A DNA stretch of 64,000 nt from the NCBI GenBank assembly GCA_964541905.1, contig CAZIRU010000001.1:77490-141489 (forward strand). Direction: 5' to 3'. The notes beneath the pieces are model-generated. The model was given only the letters and a program-made list of their open reading frames with translations, did not search any database and was not told the origin of the DNA. Position 1 is the first letter of the stretch. Every line of letters begins with the position of its first letter. Below are positions 58,940 to 64,000 of this stretch, piece by piece. The translations under genes and the position numbers were made by a program. The DNA comes from an uncultured Verrucomicrobiota bacterium (GTDB taxonomy: Bacteria; Verrucomicrobiota; Verrucomicrobiia; CAZIPW01).

Positions 58940-59923
58940 CTATTCGGTTACAGCAGGCGTCGGCACGGGCGCAACAGCAGAAGCTTCGGGAACTTCCTCG
59001 CTTTCGGCGGGGCTCTCTTCCGGCTCGGCAGCCTTGGGAAGGATCTTTAAGAGCTCGACTTCAAAAATGAGCGTCGAACCCGCGGGAATTGGGCCGGCAG
59101 CCTGATCGCCATAAGCGAGGGAGGCGGGAATATAAAGAGTCGCCTTGCCGCCCTCTTTGAGCAGTTGCAGTCCTTCGCTAAAGCCGGGGATTACCCCAAA
59201 AAGCGGCAGATCGATCGGCGCGCCGCGCTCGACAGAACTGTCAAATACCGTCCCATCAATGAGCTTGCCGGTATAATGGAGCGTTACCATATCGCTTGCG
59301 CTCGGCGAAGCGCCAGCTCCTGCATTCTCAACCTTGTAATACAAACCGCTCTCGGTTTTTTGAACACCCTCTTGAGTCGCCACACCGGCCAAAAATTCTT
59401 CGCCCTTGAGCTCGTTGCTTTTTGCTTCTTCGGCCATCTTGACCGTCATCTTCGCGCGATAGGCCTGTTCTTTGGCGCTAAGATATTCCTGCATTTTCGG
59501 GAAAAGTGCTTTCATCTCGACAGGGGCAGGATTGCCTTGGGCGGCATTTTCAATTCCGCGCAAAATAGCAGCCTTTTCTTCGCCGGTAAAATCCATCTCA
59601 AAGCCGGCCTGCTGACCGACCATCCAACCGTACGCTTCGAGACTAGCAGTAATCTCTTCATTCGTTAGCGATACCGAAGCAACCGGCTCGGCGGCTGTGG
59701 TAACCGCAGAGGTTTCCGCGGGCGTGGCAATTTCTTGCGCCTGAGCGACTTCAGCCTTCGTAACCTCGGCATCGGCAGCTTGAGGTTTTCCACCGGTTGA
59801 AAGCGCAACAATGGCTGCGAGCACCATAATTGTGCTGAAGGTAAGTACAAACTTGCTAAAGGGAACTGCTTTTCTGGTCATGAGCACCATCCTGTTGGAT
59901 TTTTCCATTTTCGTCAATGCCAT
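58940..59923 (-). CDS. FKBP-type peptidyl-prolyl cis-trans isomerase (FkpA/Mip-like), followed by a C-terminal Pro/Glu/Ala-rich tail.
   Basis: VTLHYTGKLIDGTVFDSS...LIFEVELL is the FKBP domain. An N-terminal dimerisation helix is present. Confidence 0.85.
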   Translation of the reverse strand: MALTKMEKSNRMVLMTRKAVPFSKFVLTFSTIMVLAAIVALSTGGKPQAADAEVTKAEVAQAQEIATPAETSAVTTAAEPVASVSLTNEEITASLEAYGWMVGQQAGFEMDFTGEEKAAILRGIENAAQGNPAPVEMKALFPKMQEYLSAKEQAYRAKMTVKMAEEAKSNELKGEEFLAGVATQEGVQKTESGLYYKVENAGAGASPSASDMVTLHYTGKLIDGTVFDSSVERGAPIDLPLFGVIPGFSEGLQLLKEGGKATLYIPASLAYGDQAAGPIPAGSTLIFEVELLKILPKAAEPEESPAESEEVPEASAVAPVPTPAVTE

Positions 59924-59983
59924 TAAAGTTGTTTTGCTTTGCGCTTGATTTTAACAAAACACGCGCCAAGACTGATACGCATT

Positions 59984-60871
59984 ATGAAGCGTCTCTCCTT
60001 TTTTCTTTTGGCCCTCGCCGCCCTTCTTTCGGGTTGCGCCCGTTCCGCCCTCAGCAACCTGACGCCTCAACGGTTGCCCGAAAACCCCTCGGGCATCTAC
60101 ACTTTTACGCTTAGCAGTGGTGTCGATCTCCATCGCGTTGTTGCCGGCTCCATGAAAGCCGAAATTGTCATCAACGGTCGCGCGACGCCTATGAATCAAG
60201 CCGCCGATTCTCCTACGCTTTTCGATTTTGATTTCCGCATGCCCCCGGGCCAAACGGAAGTACGCTATTTTTACAAACTAATCTATCAAACCAACGAAGC
60301 GGGAATTATCCGGGACTATGAGGAGACCAGCCCGCTTTACAGCGCCTTTTTGGTAAATCGCTATGTGCTTTCGCTGGAGAGCGATCGCGGGCCTGTGGGC
60401 GCAACAATCGCCGTCGTTGGCCGCGGGTTTAGCCCTTACGACACCGTAGTGCTCGGCGATACGGAGGCTCCTACGCGCTATTTCTCGCCAAACTCGCTGC
60501 AATTCACCGTTCCGACCGTTGAAGGCGGCCGCCGTTATGATGTGTATCTACGGACAGGAACGGGAGATCTTTTGATTGGCAGCTTCCGCGTGGATGCATC
60601 GACGCTTCAGGTTTTGCCCAGCTCGCTTGAGTTAGTCTCGGGCGGCCGCACGCTGCTCGTGTTTTCAACCCCCAAGGAAGCTCCCTCGAATGGGCTGTCC
60701 ATCTCTGTGGTAACAAACGTTCCGGCTTCAATCATTATGCCAGAAGTTATCATTCCTGCCGGAGCGCGTTCGGTCAGCGTGACTGTCGAAGGTGGCGTAG
60801 CCGGAACAGGAACGGTTGTCGCCTCGGCCCCGGGCTATCAAGAAGTGAGTATCCCCGTCATCGTCCGCTAG
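59984..60871 (+). CDS. Lipoprotein with Ig-like (IPT/TIG-like) beta-sandwich segments.
   Basis: MKRLSFFLLALAALLSGC lipobox. ATG at 59984. Confidence 0.55.
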   Translation: MKRLSFFLLALAALLSGCARSALSNLTPQRLPENPSGIYTFTLSSGVDLHRVVAGSMKAEIVINGRATPMNQAADSPTLFDFDFRMPPGQTEVRYFYKLIYQTNEAGIIRDYEETSPLYSAFLVNRYVLSLESDRGPVGATIAVVGRGFSPYDTVVLGDTEAPTRYFSPNSLQFTVPTVEGGRRYDVYLRTGTGDLLIGSFRVDASTLQVLPSSLELVSGGRTLLVFSTPKEAPSNGLSISVVTNVPASIIMPEVIIPAGARSVSVTVEGGVAGTGTVVASAPGYQEVSIPVIVR

Positions 60872-60995
60872 GCGGGGAACCAAAAGGCCAAATTCGCAAA
60901 CTGCTGATGGATAGTGGCTTTATGTTTAAATGAGGGTCTGTAAGCTTTTTGGTAGACAGAAAGAGCCTTCGCGTGCCGTAAAAACCATGCTGGCC

Positions 60996-61925
60996 ATGAA
61001 GATCTTCCTTTATTGCGACGAGAGCGACAATACCCCCTTGCGCAAACGATTGGAGCGCCATTTTGGGAAAACTGCCATACACCAAGTGGAGGCAAAAGCC
61101 ATTTGCGCAGGAATCTTGGCCTCAAAAAAGCCCGATTTACTGGTTTTCGGCGGCGGAATGACGCAAAATTTCTCCAAATCGTTGGAGCGCAAGGGGAACC
61201 AAGCTATCCGCGACTATGTTCACGCGGGGGGATGTTACTTGGGCATTTGCGCGGGAAGTTACTACGCGCACGCCACAATTGACTGGTTGGCGGGATTCGC
61301 GGGGGCCTTTGAAGGTTTTGCCGAAGAAGAGGCGGCGCTTGGCCTTATTGAAGGGGCCGTGGCGCGCGGCCCTGCTCTTATCGAACGCGACGCGCCGCCG
61401 GCCTGCGCCTCGGGTTGCGTACAAGTCATTGACGAAGAAGGTGTTTTTCATAGCGCTTTCTACCACGCAGGGCCCCTCTCCGACCTCTCCGCCTGCGATC
61501 CGTCAAATGTCGCCGGAGTCGCATTTTTCACGGAGATGACAGAAGCCCCCGCCATTGTTGAGGCCTACTATGGGAGGGGTCTCGTGGTAGCGAGCAGCCC
61601 GCATATTGAATATGAAGAGGCTTTGTTGCGGCAAATTGTAAAAAACGGAAGGATCGTCGCGCCCAATGGTGTTTCTCTCCAGGAAAGCGCCCAAGCGGTT
61701 TTGTCGCGCGGATTGCAAAATTTTTGCAACAATCCAAAAAAGATGCTGCGTTTAAGCACTATTTTAATAGAGAAGGTTTTTGAAAGGCTCGAAACCTTTG
61801 TAACTCTTTCAAAAAAAGAGACCTACGGGGTGCGCGTGGCAGACCAGCTGGGCACTCTCCCGCCATTTATCCACCGACAATCCACCAAACTACGGCGACA
61901 GACCTTGCCCCCGGAGCTTAGCTGA
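60996..61925 (+). CDS. Class I glutamine-amidotransferase-like (BPL_N/DJ-1-like fold) hypothetical protein.
   Basis: LLVFGGG...GGCYLGICAGSYYA nucleophile-elbow-like segment. Assignment is tentative. Confidence 0.45.
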   Translation: MKIFLYCDESDNTPLRKRLERHFGKTAIHQVEAKAICAGILASKKPDLLVFGGGMTQNFSKSLERKGNQAIRDYVHAGGCYLGICAGSYYAHATIDWLAGFAGAFEGFAEEEAALGLIEGAVARGPALIERDAPPACASGCVQVIDEEGVFHSAFYHAGPLSDLSACDPSNVAGVAFFTEMTEAPAIVEAYYGRGLVVASSPHIEYEEALLRQIVKNGRIVAPNGVSLQESAQAVLSRGLQNFCNNPKKMLRLSTILIEKVFERLETFVTLSKKETYGVRVADQLGTLPPFIHRQSTKLRRQTLPPELS

Positions 61926-63171
61926 GCTTTTTTTCCACCTGCGGGGCGTTAATTCGGACAAAACCAGGCAATCCGCCATCAAATGGAACGGCAACTTCTC
62001 CGGCAATTAAGGGCGCGGCATATTTGTGAAACTGGTAGTTCAGCGAAATGCCATCTTCATTAATCCATTGCAGCGGAAAGGGTTTCACTTGATTCGCAAT
62101 TTCCTTCAAGTCTGCCAAGCCCGTTTCGCAGTGATATTCGACGGTCTCAGATCGCAAAAGTGTAACCATTTTGCCGCTTTCTCCAGTCACAGCCGCCTGA
62201 ACAGCCGCGACTCCGGCCATATACGCCTCGTCGCTATCGGTCTTGGAGGCACAATGCGCCGCGCAGCGTTGGGCATAGCCTAATTTGGTAATTTTTGAGC
62301 TAATTCCTGTCGCTTGTTCAATAATACCTTTCAAATACTCGGCGTTGCCGCCACCTGCAAAAACCGCATGGCCAAAGGCATCCGTCTTGGTGGGGGCGGA
62401 AACGTAATTGCCACTCTCGTCCACGAGCCCTTCGGCCACAATAACCATGCAATATTTTTCCGTTTTAAGGACCGCCTGAACATCGGCAATGAACTTTTGC
62501 GCATTAAAGGCAACTTCCGGCATCAAGATGATGTGGGGGGCATCATGGGGGTGATCTTTGCGTTTGGCCAAGGAGGCTCCCGCGGCAACCCAGCCCGCTG
62601 TGCGACCCATGACCTCGACAATGGAGACCAGATCGTGGTTGCCCATGCCCTGATGGTCGCAACTTAGCTCACGAATAGTGGAAGCAACATATTTAATAAC
62701 GCTGCCATAGCCTGGCGTATGGTCGGTAATCGGGAGGTCGTTATCCATCGTCTTAGGGAGCCCAATAACGCGCAGAGCGTAGCCCTTGGCTTTGGCGAGC
62801 GCGTCAATTTGCATGGAAGTATCTTGGCTATCATTGCCGCCGATATAGAAAAAATAGCGGATATTGTGGGCCTCAAAAACCTTTAAAAGCGTATCGTAAT
62901 CTTCTTGCTTTTTGAGCTTGAAGCGGCAGGAACCCAGCGCCGGCCCCGGGGTATAGCGCAAGCCGCGCACAACAAGCTGGCTTTCTTCTGCCAAATTGAC
63001 GATATCTTCACTTAAAATGCCCTGGATGCCATTTCGTCCTCCGTATATTTCTTCTATTACATCTTCATGGTTAAGGGCTTCTGTAATAACACCCGCCAAT
63101 GTTGCATTAATAACAGCCGTTGGCCCTCCGGATTGGGCGACCAAACAATTTCCTACAAGGTTTTCAGACAT
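61918..63171 (-). CDS. pfp: Pyrophosphate-dependent 6-phosphofructokinase (PPi-PFK, Pfp).
   Basis: AQSGGPTAVINATLAGV and a GGDGS-type core. Its length of 417 aa and the motifs typical of the PPi-utilising group are noted from memory. Confidence 0.8.
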   Translation of the reverse strand: MSENLVGNCLVAQSGGPTAVINATLAGVITEALNHEDVIEEIYGGRNGIQGILSEDIVNLAEESQLVVRGLRYTPGPALGSCRFKLKKQEDYDTLLKVFEAHNIRYFFYIGGNDSQDTSMQIDALAKAKGYALRVIGLPKTMDNDLPITDHTPGYGSVIKYVASTIRELSCDHQGMGNHDLVSIVEVMGRTAGWVAAGASLAKRKDHPHDAPHIILMPEVAFNAQKFIADVQAVLKTEKYCMVIVAEGLVDESGNYVSAPTKTDAFGHAVFAGGGNAEYLKGIIEQATGISSKITKLGYAQRCAAHCASKTDSDEAYMAGVAAVQAAVTGESGKMVTLLRSETVEYHCETGLADLKEIANQVKPFPLQWINEDGISLNYQFHKYAAPLIAGEVAVPFDGGLPGFVRINAPQVEKKLS

Positions 63172-63202
63172 GTTTTGATTCCATCACAAAGGACGCAGTC
63201 TT

Positions 63203-63221
63203 GCCAACTTAAAAAGTTGGC
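63203..63221. promoter_or_regulatory. Perfect palindrome GCCAACTT-aaa-AAGTTGGC in the divergent pfp/transporter intergenic region.
   Basis: An 8-bp inverted repeat 18 nt upstream of the transporter ATG. Confidence 0.35.
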
Positions 63222-63238
63222 GATACGCTGTTTATTTT

Positions 63239-64000
63239 ATGGCAACCTCTGCGGGACTGCTCAGCGTTTTTTGTTTCGCACTCAACGACTTGCTTTACCG
63301 AGTGCTTTCCCCGCAGATGGGTGTTTGGCCTTTGATGCTGATTGTAAATGTGGGCCTGTTTCTTTTGGTTGCCGCATGGTCGATTTGTAAAAAAACATCG
63401 CTTTTGTCTTTAAAATCACCGCTGTGGGTGGGCGGCTGGATCCTTTGCAGCCTCGTCATCCAAGTCTTTGCGTTGCTAAGTTTTCGTTTTTTGACCGTTT
63501 CGCAGGCGTATCTGGTTATTTTTTCTTACCCCATCCTTACCGCGGCGCTCGATGCTTTTTACAAAAGGAGTTTTCCCAAGCGCTATATCGCAGCCTTTGC
63601 ACTCGCGGGACTGGGAATTGCGCTCGTTTTTGGAACACGAGGGATGGTCTTGAGCTTTGGCGTTTGCGCGGCAGGGATTGTTGCGGCGGCGATTGCCGTC
63701 CAGATTTTTATTGCCGCACGGATGCCAGAGGAAAGTCCTCTTAAAATAACAGGGCTTGCGGCGCTTGCGGGAGTTTTTTTAGCCCTTGGCGGCGGAATGC
63801 TTTCGGGAAAAGGAGGAGATGTAAAATCGGAGCTTTGGCCAGCCTTGGGGGGGCTGTTGGCCGTTTCGATCGTTGGAAATATCACAAGGATAACAGCGTC
63901 ACAAAAGATGTCTTCGGCGCGCTATGCGCTCATGTGCTATTTACAGGTGCCCCTGGGCGTAGGCTTGGCTTGGCTCTTCTTAAAAGAGGAAGTCTCTTTG
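63239..64000 (+). CDS. EamA/DMT-family transporter, partial. It continues beyond the window.
   Basis: ATG at 63239. An open frame of 254 codons to the window end with repeated hydrophobic helices. It is absent from the ORF track because no stop lies within the window. Confidence 0.65.
   Translation, partial: MATSAGLLSVFCFALNDLLYRVLSPQMGVWPLMLIVNVGLFLLVAAWSICKKTSLLSLKSPLWVGGWILCSLVIQVFALLSFRFLTVSQAYLVIFSYPILTAALDAFYKRSFPKRYIAAFALAGLGIALVFGTRGMVLSFGVCAAGIVAAAIAVQIFIAARMPEESPLKITGLAALAGVFLALGGGMLSGKGGDVKSELWPALGGLLAVSIVGNITRITASQKMSSARYALMCYLQVPLGVGLAWLFLKEEVSL

Noticed and set aside
1-64000. CRISPR arrays, IS elements, integrases or prophage genes
   Set aside because: No regularly spaced repeats, transposase or integrase-like ORFs, or phage structural genes were seen. 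The two tRNAs are not flanked by recognisable integrated elements, though the genes next to tRNA-His are of unknown function.

Overview
This is a 64-kb high-GC chromosomal segment of about 58% GC. Gene content fits a bacterium of the Planctomycetes-Verrucomicrobia group: a prepilin-type N-terminal domain protein, PPi-dependent phosphofructokinase and many glycosyltransferases. That phylum placement is an inference. Most of the window is housekeeping: aroG-type DAHP synthase, queA, glgB, typA, mnmG, dnaB, accD, recA, L25, the rpsF-ssb-?-rplI cluster, pth, sucD, miaB, gmk, kdsA, pfp, and two tRNAs (Arg-CCT, His-GTG). A roughly 16-kb cell-surface polysaccharide locus spans 28.7-45.0 kb, with GT1/GT2/GT8-like transferases, an O-antigen-ligase-like protein, a Wzm/Wzt ABC exporter and a WbaP-like initiating transferase. 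It is followed by a MacAB-TolC-type efflux operon. I found no CRISPR array, transposase or integrase. The observations most worth follow-up are these. (1) A 21-codon leader ORF with six consecutive aromatic codons plus an intrinsic terminator sits directly upstream of the DAHP synthase, a candidate attenuator. (2) A prepilin-type N-terminal gene and an LRR gene are in the same frame, separated only by a TAG, and the LRR repeats run upstream of the nominal start. (3) An 1117-aa unassigned protein may be a PPi-type PEPCK in a genome that also encodes PPi-PFK; this is speculative. (4) The rpsR slot of the S6-SSB-S18-L9 cluster holds an ORF whose C-terminal half is not S18-like. (5) A binding-protein gene has its signal peptide out of frame at a GGG run. 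(6) A low-GC gene for an XRE-like regulator is preceded by a TGCATTTT repeat array. All product calls come from motif recognition by eye and no searches were run.
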